Source: PVC group bacterium
GTDB taxonomy: Bacteria > Omnitrophota > Gorgyraeia > B26-G9
NCBI GenBank assembly: GCA_024231215.1
Contig: JAAEQR010000034.1
Span: 12,668-76,667, forward strand
Length of the DNA: 64,000 nucleotides
Direction: 5' to 3'
Part shown: one piece after another, positions 32,547-41,561 of the stretch
How the letters are laid out: each line of letters begins with the position of its first letter
Numbering within the stretch: position 1 is the first letter of the stretch
Notes under the pieces: generated by a model
Database searches by the model: none
What the model saw: the letters and a program-made list of their open reading frames with translations, nothing else
Told to the model about the DNA's origin: nothing
Position numbers and translations under genes: made by a program

Positions 32547-32686
32547 AAGATCAAAATTATGAGGTGGCGGTAGCAGTCCGTCTTAAATGACCGAAAGCGT
32601 AATTGCTTATAGTGAGGCTTGCGTGGAACGAAATGAAAGCGCGATGTCCAATATTGATGCTCAGCCTCATGATTTAGGAGAACGAA

Positions 32687-32923
32687 ATGATATTAACAAA
32701 AACTTATAACATGGAAATCGGGAGTGAGGATGTGGACGTTTTCACTTTAGAGAGCCAGGCTGGAAAAATGCACGGCTGCCTGTTTGATATAGAATCGATG
32801 TTCAGCGACAAGCTGAAAGGACATCCTCTCACTTTTATCGAAAAGTACCTATTGGAAGAATTACAGAAAGAGTTTTATGAGATACTGCAAGAACGTAAAT
32901 TTGATCTGTTCTGCGTTTCTTAA
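32687..32923 (+). CDS. hypothetical protein
   Basis: 78 aa; GGAGAACGAA SD. Confidence 0.45.
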   Translation: MILTKTYNMEIGSEDVDVFTLESQAGKMHGCLFDIESMFSDKLKGHPLTFIEKYLLEELQKEFYEILQERKFDLFCVS

Positions 32924-33028
32924 TCTCGGGAGATAATATGAGAGTTGTCTTAAGAATGGTTTTGTATGGAGCAATAATCGGGACAACCATACTGATGTAT
33001 ATAGCATGGGAAATATCGAGGTTTTAAT

Positions 33029-33193
33029 ATGGATGTACAAGCTGAAAAATTAACCAGAAAATGTGAACTACAGACTTGTAAAGGAACAATGACAGGGGTG
33101 AGGTATAAGAAAGGAGTTCTGTGGAAATGTGATGTCTGCACCGCAAGGCTTTTTGACCCTGAAGAATCGGAAGATGGAGAAAATAATGAATAG
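33029..33193 (+). CDS. small zinc-ribbon protein (54 aa)
   Basis: Manually translated MDVQAEKLTRKCELQTCKGTMTGVRYKKGVLWKCDVCTARLFDPEES...; not in track. Confidence 0.3.
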   Translation: MDVQAEKLTRKCELQTCKGTMTGVRYKKGVLWKCDVCTARLFDPEESEDGENNE

Positions 33194-33446
33194 AGGGAAA
33201 CGCGCATTGGCAGATCCGCTGAAAGGAAAAGTCTGCCAGAGGTGCAGAGTAGATCTTACACCGGAAAACACATATCTTAACCCGGATGGTTATCCTTATC
33301 ATATATGGTGTAAGGATTGTAACACTCCGGAAACGATTATCCGCAAGTGGACTAGCAGGGGAGAACTTGCTACAAACATCAGGCTGAAACAGTTAGAGAA
33401 GGAAATTTCTTACTTAAAAGAGGCTTTGGAAAGAACGAAAAAATAA
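33186..33446 (+). CDS. small zinc-ribbon/coiled-coil protein
   Basis: Internal start MNRGKRALADPLKGKVCQRCRVDLTPENTY...CKDC of track ORF 33129..33446; GGAGAA SD. Confidence 0.4.
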   Translation: MNRGKRALADPLKGKVCQRCRVDLTPENTYLNPDGYPYHIWCKDCNTPETIIRKWTSRGELATNIRLKQLEKEISYLKEALERTKK

Positions 33447-33458
33447 TAAAAAAAGTGT

Positions 33459-33485
33459 TTGACAAAATAATTTGATATTATAAAT
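33459..33485 (+). promoter_or_regulatory. promoter AAAAAGTG-TTTGACA for the 17-gene sugar operon
   Basis: TTGACA 33459-33464 preceded by AAAAAGTG; AT-rich -10 candidates (TATTAT / TATAAAT) downstream; AAAGGAG SD and ATG at 33514. Confidence 0.45.
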
Positions 33486-33513
33486 TAAATATACATATAA
33501 AGGAGCAACATAG

Positions 33514-34512
33514 ATGCCAAAGATACTAATGCTTGATCCTAACCCTAAATCTGCAGTTTCTTTTTATCGCAGTATCGGGACTTTTTCATATCTTCACAGG
33601 TTAGACCCAAATGTTCATTACGAACTGCTTTCCGTTTACAACTGGAATACATGGATGGGCGCAGATATTCTGTATGTGCAGAGGCCATACGCTGACGATC
33701 ATCTTGGAGCGATAGTTGAAGCACAAAAATGTAATGTAAAAGTGTGGGTTGACACAGATGATTTACTTCATGAAATCCCGAATTACAATCCTAACCACAG
33801 AACTTTTAACAATCCTAAAGAAAAATTCCTGGATAATTTCTTAAACTCAGTAAAAAGAGCGGATGTTGTTACTGTTACAACTGAAGTTTTAAAGGATTAT
33901 TATTCTGAGTACAATGAGAATGTTCAGATAGTGGAAAACGCTCACAATGATTATGCTTTCCCTTTTATGAAACTTATCGGGGATTCAGCAAAGGCAATAA
34001 ACTGGAGAGGGAGCAACACTCACCGGATGGACGTTCTATCGGTTGCTCAACAGATAGTGAATGTCCGTGAAAAGCATAAAGACTGGAAATGGATTTTTGT
34101 CGGAAACGATTTATGGTATATAACAGAACTTCTCAAAGGGAACGCCATAGAGATTCCCGAAAAACCTATTCTGACATTCTTTGAACTCCTCAGAACCGTC
34201 GGCAGTTCTATACAGGTTGTCCCTCTCGTTGATAATAATTTTAATCGTGCTAAATCCTCTATATCCTGGATAGAGGCTACTTATGGGGGAATGACTACGG
34301 TTGCTCCGAACTTCCCAGAGTTTAATAAGCCGGGCTGTTTGTGTTATGAAGGAGAAGAACAGTTTGAATATTATCTTGAGAAATGTATTAAATCTAAAGC
34401 TTTTCGTCAGGAAAATTATGAGAAATCCTTTAAGTATATAAAGGAAAACTTACTGTTAAGTCAGGTTAACCGGAAAAGGATGGATATCATAAACGAGTTG
34501 AGGAATAAATGA
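33514..34512 (+). CDS. putative glycosyltransferase (GT-B-like), first gene of the sugar operon
   Basis: 332 aa; Rossmann-like C-terminal half; weak assignment. Confidence 0.3.
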   Translation: MPKILMLDPNPKSAVSFYRSIGTFSYLHRLDPNVHYELLSVYNWNTWMGADILYVQRPYADDHLGAIVEAQKCNVKVWVDTDDLLHEIPNYNPNHRTFNNPKEKFLDNFLNSVKRADVVTVTTEVLKDYYSEYNENVQIVENAHNDYAFPFMKLIGDSAKAINWRGSNTHRMDVLSVAQQIVNVREKHKDWKWIFVGNDLWYITELLKGNAIEIPEKPILTFFELLRTVGSSIQVVPLVDNNFNRAKSSISWIEATYGGMTTVAPNFPEFNKPGCLCYEGEEQFEYYLEKCIKSKAFRQENYEKSFKYIKENLLLSQVNRKRMDIINELRNK

Positions 34513-35027
34513 TAGTTGCAGATTATATAGTCAAGTATCTTGAAGATTATGGAGTAAAACACTGCTTCTCCGTTGTCGGTGGAGGGAGCATGTGGTTGAA
34601 CAACTCTTTCGGAAAATCAAAGAAAATTAAAACTGTATATATGCACCATGAACAGGCTTGCGCGATTGCCGCAGAGGGATATTCCCGAGTGAATAATGAT
34701 TTGTCTGTGGTTTGTGTCACCACTGGCCCCGGAGGATTAAACTGTCTTACAGGGGTAATGGGGCAATGGACGGATTCTGTCCCTGTCCTGTATATTTCAG
34801 GACAGGTTGATTCAAGAACAATCAAAACAAGTAATCTTCGTCAGTTGGGGGATCAGGAAGTTGATATAATTAGTGCGGTTAAACCAATAACCAAATTCTC
34901 TCTTTTATTAAGGGATAGTATTGATTTGTATTTTTGGTTGCGTATTATGATTAACACGGCGATGGCGCATAGGAGAGGGCCAGTGTGGATTGATATCCCC
35001 TGGGATGTTCAAAAAGAAAAGGTATAA
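34509..35027 (+). CDS. TPP-dependent enzyme, N-terminal (Pyr) domain subunit (ALS/YerE-like)
   Basis: YIVKYLEDYGVKHCFSVVGGGSMWL...HHEQACAIAAEGYSRV...VVCVTTGPGGLNCLTGV...DSVPVLYISGQV: canonical TPP_enzyme_N including the catalytic Glu in HEQ; stop overlaps the next ATG (TAATG). Confidence 0.75.
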   Translation: MIVADYIVKYLEDYGVKHCFSVVGGGSMWLNNSFGKSKKIKTVYMHHEQACAIAAEGYSRVNNDLSVVCVTTGPGGLNCLTGVMGQWTDSVPVLYISGQVDSRTIKTSNLRQLGDQEVDIISAVKPITKFSLLLRDSIDLYFWLRIMINTAMAHRRGPVWIDIPWDVQKEKV

Positions 35028-35452
35028 TGAATATAGAAAGATATGAGAACCCACTGATAATAGCTGGTCACGGAATACGCTTATCTGGCGCGATAGATTT
35101 ATTCCACGAATTGTTAGACAAGTTAAATATCCCCGTAGTTACAACCTTTAATGGATTTGATATAGTAGCTTCTGATCATCCGAATTTTGCAGGAAGAATA
35201 GGAACCATGGGTACTCCCGAAGGGAATAAGATATTAAGGGAAGCGGATCTGGTTTTGTGTATAGGGACTCGGAACAATGTCAGGCAAATAGGTTATAAGA
35301 AAGAGGCCTTCGCCAAGAGTGCAAGAAAAGTGGTTCTTGTGGATGTGGATGAAGATGAATTATATAAAACTGGCGTTGGTTTAAAAGTGAGAAGGTTCTG
35401 TTGCATGGATGCGAAACAATTTATTCAGGAGTGTTTGGATTACGATGATTGA
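35027..35452 (+). CDS. TPP-dependent enzyme, central domain subunit
   Basis: PLIIAGHGIRLSGA...LNIPVVTTFNGFDIVASDHPNFAGRIGTMGT...ADLVLCIGTR aligns with the ALS central domain; TGA overlaps the next ATG (ATGATTGA). Confidence 0.7.
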   Translation: MNIERYENPLIIAGHGIRLSGAIDLFHELLDKLNIPVVTTFNGFDIVASDHPNFAGRIGTMGTPEGNKILREADLVLCIGTRNNVRQIGYKKEAFAKSARKVVLVDVDEDELYKTGVGLKVRRFCCMDAKQFIQECLDYDD

Positions 35453-35999
35453 TCCATATAATTTTATAAAAGTATTAACAAAAAATTTACCGGAAGACGC
35501 TATAGTGGTTTGCGCTAATGGAACCCCATGCGTTACAATGTTTCAAGAAGGTGTTGTCAAGAAGGGGCAGAGGATCTTCTGGAACTCCGGATGTGCTGCC
35601 ATGGGTTATGCCCTTCCTGCTGCGATAGGGGCTCATTATGCAAGTGGCAAAGAAGTAATCTGCATAGAGGGTGACGGGAGTTTGATGTTTAATTTACAGG
35701 AACTTCAGACAATAGACCACCATGAGCTCCCGATTAAATTGTTCGTATTTAACAATGGTGGTTATCACTCAATAAAGGAAACTCAGGATGTTTTTTTTAA
35801 AGGCGATTATCATGGCAGTGCCTTGGGAGATGTTAGTTTTCCGGATTGGGAAGAAGTCGCGGAAACATTCAACTTCCCATATTTTGTTATGGATGGGGAC
35901 GATAGAGGTGTGATTGCTCACTTCCCTTTTAATAAGTTTAAAAATGTTTTTATTGAAGTTAAATTAGGTGAATATAAATTTAGGAGGCAGGAATTATGA
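35445..35999 (+). CDS. TPP-dependent enzyme, C-terminal (PP) domain subunit
   Basis: TPP-binding motif GDGSLMFNLQELQTIDHHELPIKLFVFNNGGY (GDG-x25-NN); start taken at the in-frame ATG 35445 overlapping the upstream stop, rather than track 35409. Confidence 0.75.
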   Translation: MIDPYNFIKVLTKNLPEDAIVVCANGTPCVTMFQEGVVKKGQRIFWNSGCAAMGYALPAAIGAHYASGKEVICIEGDGSLMFNLQELQTIDHHELPIKLFVFNNGGYHSIKETQDVFFKGDYHGSALGDVSFPDWEEVAETFNFPYFVMDGDDRGVIAHFPFNKFKNVFIEVKLGEYKFRRQEL

Positions 36000-36463
36000 A
36001 TGGTTATCAAGAGCCTTGTCCTAAATGCGGGACACTTTCTTCCGGCTGTTCGGTCTTCACGAACGGGGCGATTTCTCAAGACTTTTGTAAATGTCCTGAA
36101 TGCGGTATTGCTTTCCCAAAAAAGGGTTCAACGGCAAAAGTTGAAATAATTGATGATGAAGAATTCTTTTCGGTACCCAAACCAGAAAAATTCTCATTAA
36201 AAGAAATATGTATTTGCGCAGCAGTAAAAGCAGTTGATGGAACCATTATTCGTGGACACAGGCACAGGGATTGTAGAGATGGGATAATAAGGAGAGGGAA
36301 AGAACCCATGAAAGAATGGGCTGGAGATGGTTTTATCACTTCTTACGGGAGGTTCGTTGACAGGATAGAGGGTTACGAGTTGATGAAATCTATCGACTGG
36401 GAATCTGTTAATCCGGAAGGGTATCAGAAGTGTGAGTGGTTATTCTCGGAAGATTTATATTAA
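35996..36463 (+). CDS. zinc-ribbon protein with uncharacterised C-terminal domain
   Basis: CPKCG...CKCPECG; ATGA-coupled to the upstream gene. Confidence 0.45.
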   Translation: MNGYQEPCPKCGTLSSGCSVFTNGAISQDFCKCPECGIAFPKKGSTAKVEIIDDEEFFSVPKPEKFSLKEICICAAVKAVDGTIIRGHRHRDCRDGIIRRGKEPMKEWAGDGFITSYGRFVDRIEGYELMKSIDWESVNPEGYQKCEWLFSEDLY

Positions 36464-36478
36464 AAGAGAGGTATAATT

Positions 36479-37261
36479 ATGAATAAGTTAGAATACGAAA
36501 TGATTGAAACTCTTAAGCGCTTGAAGAATGATTATGGGTGTATACAGATTAAGGCTGAGTTCGAGAACGAGGGAAGTCGTCAGGTAGAACTTTGTCGGCT
36601 TAAAGATGTAATAAGCAAAGTAGACATACCGTTAATTCTTAAGATTGGCGGTGTAGAAGCAGTAACAGATATATACGAGGCCTTGACGATAGGGGCGAAG
36701 GGGATAGTTGCTCCCATGGCCGAAACTGCTTACGCGCTTTCTAAATTTATTGATGCTGTGGAAAAATTCGTTCCGAAGGATAATCGGGAAGATGTTGAAT
36801 TTGCCGTGAACATTGAGACTATTACAGCGTATGAAAATTTTGAAAAAATGCTTAAATTAAAGAACATTGATGTTCTCCAAAGCGTGACAGTCGGGCGGGT
36901 GGATTTTACAGGTTCACTCGGGGAAGATAGAAATTATGTTGATACAGTAACAATGCGTGAACTTTGCAAAAATATCTTTTCTAAAGCTAAGGCTAAAAAT
37001 TTACGAACAGCTTTGGGCGGGGCTATTTCTTCTGCGTCAGAAACTTTCCTGGAAACTTTAACTGAAGAAAATTTATTGAACAAATACGAAACTCGGAAAA
37101 TTGTATATGATATCGAAGGGTTAAAAACCTATAAGGAAGGTTTAGAGGAAGGAATAAAATTTGAACTTCAGTGGTTGAAAAGTAAAGAGAGATATTATCA
37201 TCTGATAGCAATTGAAGACGAAAAAAGAATAAAAATGTTGGAGGAGAGAGTCAATGGGTGA
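36479..37261 (+). CDS. TIM-barrel aldolase/lyase-like protein (HpcH/HpaI or PEP-utilising family?)
   Basis: 260 aa; KIGGVEAVTDI...IVAPMAETAYA resembles aldolase/lyase barrels; weak. Confidence 0.3.
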   Translation: MNKLEYEMIETLKRLKNDYGCIQIKAEFENEGSRQVELCRLKDVISKVDIPLILKIGGVEAVTDIYEALTIGAKGIVAPMAETAYALSKFIDAVEKFVPKDNREDVEFAVNIETITAYENFEKMLKLKNIDVLQSVTVGRVDFTGSLGEDRNYVDTVTMRELCKNIFSKAKAKNLRTALGGAISSASETFLETLTEENLLNKYETRKIVYDIEGLKTYKEGLEEGIKFELQWLKSKERYYHLIAIEDEKRIKMLEERVNG

Positions 37262-38300
37262 GTGTGGAATATGTGGTCATGAATTAAACAAAGACGTTCT
37301 GGTTCTGGAGAATATCCCGGAAAAAACATTCTGTTTCTCAGACAAAACTGTTACTTTAAACATCGCGAAGTGTGGTCACTGCGGAGTAGTGCAGTTATTT
37401 GACGTTCCATTAAACGATGATTTCAGGGATGTCCATCGAAGTATAGAATCAATGCCCGGCCACCGGATGAAAAAGAAGAAAGACTTGGACGATTTTATAG
37501 AAGAGTTTGGTTTGTGGAGCAAAAGGTTTTTCGAAATGGGTTGTGGCAATGGACAGTATTTGGATATTCTCAGGGAAATAGGTGTTGAGTGCGACGGGTA
37601 TGAAGCCAATGAAGACAACATAGATGAATGTATAGACAAAGAGTATTGTGTTTCCGACGGTGTTGCTTTTAAAGAGGAAATTTTTAATAAATATGATGTT
37701 ATTTTTTCTTTTTATTTTTTAGAGCATATGCCTGATCCGGTGGATGTCTTAACAAATGTTTATGACAAGCTTAACCCCGGAGGGATGATTTACATAGAAG
37801 TCCCGAACTATAAGTACATAGAAAAAGATGGGCTCTGGCTTGAGTTCACAAGAGACCACAGGTTTTATTATGACCTTTCTTCTATGAGATTTTTATTATC
37901 AAAAACTGGCTTCAAATTGCTTAAGATAACTCCGGGAGACTTGACTTTAAAAGTGATAGCGAAGAAACCGGACGACTTCGAGAATGTCCGGGAAAGCATG
38001 GAAAAAGACATAGTCGATTTTGATATATTAACTAACAAGATAGGAAATTATGTTATAGTTGGCGCAGGACATTATACTCAAACACTGTTAAACAAGACTG
38101 CTAATAAGCCTGTACAAATATATGATTCCGTTCCCGACAAGATAGGGAAAATTCTTTGTGGAGTGAAAATTTTACCCCAGGGAGAGATTCGGGATTGTGA
38201 ATTTAATAATATTATTATAAGTTGCGGGGCGTACAATCAAGAAGCGGAGAAAAATATTGAAAGACTTACGGAAGGAAAGAATATAATTATCTGGGGGTAG
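37254..38300 (+). CDS. SAM-dependent C-methyltransferase-like (N-terminal zinc ribbon + class I MTase + C-terminal Rossmann-like domain, TylC3/NovU architecture)
   Basis: CGICGHEL...CGHCG; MTase motif I FEMGCGNGQYLD; the three-part layout matches NDP-hexose C-methyltransferases. Confidence 0.55.
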   Translation: MGECGICGHELNKDVLVLENIPEKTFCFSDKTVTLNIAKCGHCGVVQLFDVPLNDDFRDVHRSIESMPGHRMKKKKDLDDFIEEFGLWSKRFFEMGCGNGQYLDILREIGVECDGYEANEDNIDECIDKEYCVSDGVAFKEEIFNKYDVIFSFYFLEHMPDPVDVLTNVYDKLNPGGMIYIEVPNYKYIEKDGLWLEFTRDHRFYYDLSSMRFLLSKTGFKLLKITPGDLTLKVIAKKPDDFENVRESMEKDIVDFDILTNKIGNYVIVGAGHYTQTLLNKTANKPVQIYDSVPDKIGKILCGVKILPQGEIRDCEFNNIIISCGAYNQEAEKNIERLTEGKNIIIWG

Positions 38301-38301
38301 C

Positions 38302-39402
38302 ATGTCGTATACACAGAGAGAAGAACAAGTAAGAGAGTCTATTGAAGTTCGCAAACCTGTCGCATGGGCTAAGATTCAGCAAACTGACCAGAGAGTAAAA
38401 GAAGGAAAAAGCATCGCCCTTTTACAACTGCAATACAGATATGTCTGTAATGAAGTTTGCAAACACTGTGCTATAGAACGGTTTAAAGTTAACTTGGAAG
38501 GTAGAAAATTAACTCCTGCCGATGTGAAAGATATTGCAGATCAGGCTCATGAGTATGGGCTATTTTCTATCTGCATTTCGGGAGGTGAACCGTTAATCTT
38601 TCATGATCTGGAACAGGTAATAGACGCTATCGGCCCAGAAAGATTCATATTATCAATGGACACTAATGGGTTGGCTTTATCTCAACATGAGATAAAATGG
38701 CTGGTAACGAAAGGGGTTGACCGTATTCACCTGAGTATTGATGGGTTACAGGAAAATCACGACGAGTTTAGACACGAAGAAGGAGCATGGCAGCATAATA
38801 TAGACATGCTTCCATATTGTAAACAGTATGGGCTTGGAGTTGTTGTGAACATAGTTGCCACTAAAGATTTGGTAAGAAGCAGAGAAATAGAAGAACAACT
38901 TGAGTTTATACAGAAGTTTGGTTTTCATGCTTCTTTGATTTATGCGAAACCAGTTGGTAATTTTGAAGAGGCTGGAGACCAGGTTTTAAACAAAAAAGAT
39001 TTTGCATATCTTGAAACTTTAACGAAAAAGTATAACTGTTCAACTCACCTTACTCCCGCTTACGGCAGAGATGTTGGCTGTCTGTGTTTCAAGCGCCACT
39101 TTTCAATACTGCCAAACGGGAAAGTCCTTCCCTGTCCATGGCTCCCGATTTCTATGGGGAACGTACTGGAAGAAAAACTGGAAACAATTATAACAGGGTC
39201 GTTGATGAATCCATGGTTTAGCTGGAAGCATAAACACACTTGTCATTCGGGAAATCAGGATTCTTATTTTTATAAAAATGTTGTTTCTCAGTTAGATGAA
39301 CTCCACGATCTCTTTGGATATCCGGTTGACTGGAAATTGTTGAATTGGCATTTTGAATACTTCAGGAAGAGTTCCACTAAAATTACTGAGAAGGGGAGCT
39401 AA
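38302..39402 (+). CDS. radical SAM enzyme with SPASM/twitch-like C-terminal Cys cluster
   Basis: CNEVCKHC (C-x3-C-x2-C), ISGGEPL, C-terminal CLCFKRHFSILPNGKVLPCPW. Confidence 0.75.
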   Translation: MSYTQREEQVRESIEVRKPVAWAKIQQTDQRVKEGKSIALLQLQYRYVCNEVCKHCAIERFKVNLEGRKLTPADVKDIADQAHEYGLFSICISGGEPLIFHDLEQVIDAIGPERFILSMDTNGLALSQHEIKWLVTKGVDRIHLSIDGLQENHDEFRHEEGAWQHNIDMLPYCKQYGLGVVVNIVATKDLVRSREIEEQLEFIQKFGFHASLIYAKPVGNFEEAGDQVLNKKDFAYLETLTKKYNCSTHLTPAYGRDVGCLCFKRHFSILPNGKVLPCPWLPISMGNVLEEKLETIITGSLMNPWFSWKHKHTCHSGNQDSYFYKNVVSQLDELHDLFGYPVDWKLLNWHFEYFRKSSTKITEKGS

Positions 39403-40371
39403 ATGGAGATTGGTGAAAGAGATATTGTAGAGGAAGATATAAAAAAAGTATTATCTGAAAATCTGCCATGGAACAGGCTGAGAAATAAAACGATAGCGGT
39501 TTCCGGTTCAAGAGGTTTTATTGCTTCGTGGATAGTTAAATTATTAGAATCAATACAGGAAGAATATAATATTACAATCTGGCATATCAATAAACCTGAA
39601 TATGATATTAACAGGTCTCTGTTCAGTATTGGTGTCCCCAAGAGAGTAGATTATATTTTTCATGCAGCCAGTTATGCGTCACCTCTAAAGTTCAAAGAAA
39701 ATCCTGTAGATGTGATCTTGCCGAATACGATTGGTACTCATAACCTGTTGAAATTGGCAGATGCGAAAGAGGCTGAGTTTGTATACTTCAGCACATCGGG
39801 GGTTTACGGGTGGCATGATTTTGATGACTACCCTTTGTCCGAAAAACAATTCGGCAGACTTGATTGTTCTGAAGTAAAGAACTGTTATCTTGAATCAAAA
39901 AGACTGGGGGAACAGTTGTGTGTTTCTCACAGTTATCAGTATGATATAGAAATCAAGATTCTCCGGCTGGGGATATGCTATGGCCCGGGGTTAAGCCTGG
40001 ATGATGGTCGCGTGATGAATACTTTTATAAAGAAAATACTTGATAAAAAAGAACTACCTGTATACAATGAGCATGTCTATCGGAGTTTTATGTATATAAC
40101 GGATGTTCTTAGCGCAATTTTTACAATTTTATTCCACGGGGAAAATAGCCCATATAATGTATCAGCAGACAAAGAAATTTCCATCCTTCAATTAGCCCAA
40201 TTGTTTTCTTCCATGTACCCGAACTCAAAATTGAGTTACCTAAAACGGACAGACAGGTTGAGTGTTGACTTCAACAGGACATGGATGAATACAGGAAAAT
40301 TGAAAAATCTCGGCTGGGAACAAAGAGTCAGCTTAGAAGATGGTATAGAAAGAACAGTGGAGAGTTACTAG
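39403..40371 (+). CDS. NAD-dependent epimerase/dehydratase (extended SDR)
   Basis: Gly-rich IAVSGSRGFIAS and catalytic Y-x3-K (YLESKRL). Confidence 0.75.
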   Translation: MEIGERDIVEEDIKKVLSENLPWNRLRNKTIAVSGSRGFIASWIVKLLESIQEEYNITIWHINKPEYDINRSLFSIGVPKRVDYIFHAASYASPLKFKENPVDVILPNTIGTHNLLKLADAKEAEFVYFSTSGVYGWHDFDDYPLSEKQFGRLDCSEVKNCYLESKRLGEQLCVSHSYQYDIEIKILRLGICYGPGLSLDDGRVMNTFIKKILDKKELPVYNEHVYRSFMYITDVLSAIFTILFHGENSPYNVSADKEISILQLAQLFSSMYPNSKLSYLKRTDRLSVDFNRTWMNTGKLKNLGWEQRVSLEDGIERTVESY

Positions 40372-41561
40372 TGAGAAAAATATATTACAATGAAGCGATA
40401 ATTGATGAAAACGAAATAAATTCTATATGCCAGTTTATAACAGGGAAAGCCAACAGGCTTGCATATGGAGAAGAAGTTTTAGTGACAGAAAAGAAGTTAG
40501 CTGATTTTTTAAAAGTCAAACATTGTCTTCTGACTAATTCGGGGTCTTCCGCAAACTTGTTGGCTTTTATGGCATTGACATCCCCTGAATTAAAAGAGAG
40601 AAGGATAGAGCGAGATGACGAGATAATAACCACTGCGTTAGGTTTCCCTACAACTATTTCTCCTATCGTGAATTATGGAGCCGTCCCGGTCTTTGTGGAT
40701 GTTGATCTATGGACTATGAATATAAACATAGAAAGAATGAAAGAAGCTTTATCTCCGAAAACAAAAGCTGTAGTGGTGGCGCATACTCTCGGGAATCCTG
40801 CCAATATAGATGCTATAATGGGCTTCTGTGAAGAAAACGGGTTATACTTTATTGAGGACAACTGTGATTCTTTAGGCAGTAAATATAACAATAAACTTAC
40901 AGGCACTTTCGGTGATATTGGAACTTCTTCTTTTTACCCTGCACATGCGATAACAATGGGCGAAGGTGGAGCGGTATACACAAATAATACAGAACTGCAT
41001 AACATAATGCGCTCTATGAGAGACTGGGGAAGAGATTATAAATGTTCGGAATGTACCTGGGACTGCAAGAAAAGATTTGATTCCGGGTATGATTGCAGAT
41101 ATACATATTCTCATTTTGGATATAATTTAAAAGTAACTGAAATGCAAGCTTTAATTTTAAACAAACAAATAGATAAGCTTCCCATGATAATTGAAAAAAG
41201 GAAACTTAACTGGAAGAAATTACGAGTTAAGCTGGATGGTTTAGGTTTTCCTTTTCAAAGCCCTACTCCCAATTCTGATCCATTGTGGTTCTCTTTTGTT
41301 TTAATAGCAAAAGAACATGACAGGGACGACTTAACAGAATATTTAGAAAGAAACGGAATAGGGACGAGAGTTATTTTCGGCGGGAATCTTACAAAACAAA
41401 AATGTTTCAAAACGCTTTCTCCGCTCTACAGGGTGGTGGGGGATCTCAAAAATTCTGACTATATAATGGAGAATGCGTTTTTTATCGGGTGCCATCCTGG
41501 AATGACAGATGAAGACATGGATTACATTGTGGAGGCAATAGAGAGGTATGTTCAAAGATGA
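40371..41561 (+). CDS. DegT/DnrJ/EryC1-family PLP/PMP enzyme with His replacing the Schiff-base Lys (E1/ColD-type sugar 3-dehydratase signature)
   Basis: Family motifs LTNSGSSANLLAF, AVPVFVDVD, KTKAVVVAHTLGNP, FIEDNCDSLGSKY, GDIGTSSFYPAHAITMGEGG; the position of the conserved Lys (FSFhxxKxiT) holds His (PAHAIT); Cys-rich insert CSECTWDC...DCRY; GTG start overlapping the upstream stop. Confidence 0.65.
   Translation: MRKIYYNEAIIDENEINSICQFITGKANRLAYGEEVLVTEKKLADFLKVKHCLLTNSGSSANLLAFMALTSPELKERRIERDDEIITTALGFPTTISPIVNYGAVPVFVDVDLWTMNINIERMKEALSPKTKAVVVAHTLGNPANIDAIMGFCEENGLYFIEDNCDSLGSKYNNKLTGTFGDIGTSSFYPAHAITMGEGGAVYTNNTELHNIMRSMRDWGRDYKCSECTWDCKKRFDSGYDCRYTYSHFGYNLKVTEMQALILNKQIDKLPMIIEKRKLNWKKLRVKLDGLGFPFQSPTPNSDPLWFSFVLIAKEHDRDDLTEYLERNGIGTRVIFGGNLTKQKCFKTLSPLYRVVGDLKNSDYIMENAFFIGCHPGMTDEDMDYIVEAIERYVQR

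Noticed and set aside
32950-33302. Minus-strand ORFs 32950..33207, 33024..33302 and 33068..33271
   Set aside because: They are antisense to coupled plus-strand small genes and have no SD.
35409-35444. Track start of the TPP C-domain ORF at 35409
   Set aside because: The in-frame ATG at 35445 overlaps the upstream TGA (ATGATTGA) and begins exactly at the domain boundary. The 12 upstream codons would overlap the central-domain ORF.
34509-35999. Interpretation of the three TPP-enzyme ORFs as a frameshifted pseudogene
   Set aside because: Both junctions are precise start/stop overlaps at domain boundaries, with all catalytic motifs intact. Sequencing error cannot be excluded without reads, and this is flagged in the finding.
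40281-40370. Track start of the DegT-like ORF at 40281 (90-nt overlap with the epimerase gene)
   Set aside because: The conserved DegT N-terminus begins near the GTG at 40371, which overlaps the upstream TAG. The upstream extension lacks family similarity.
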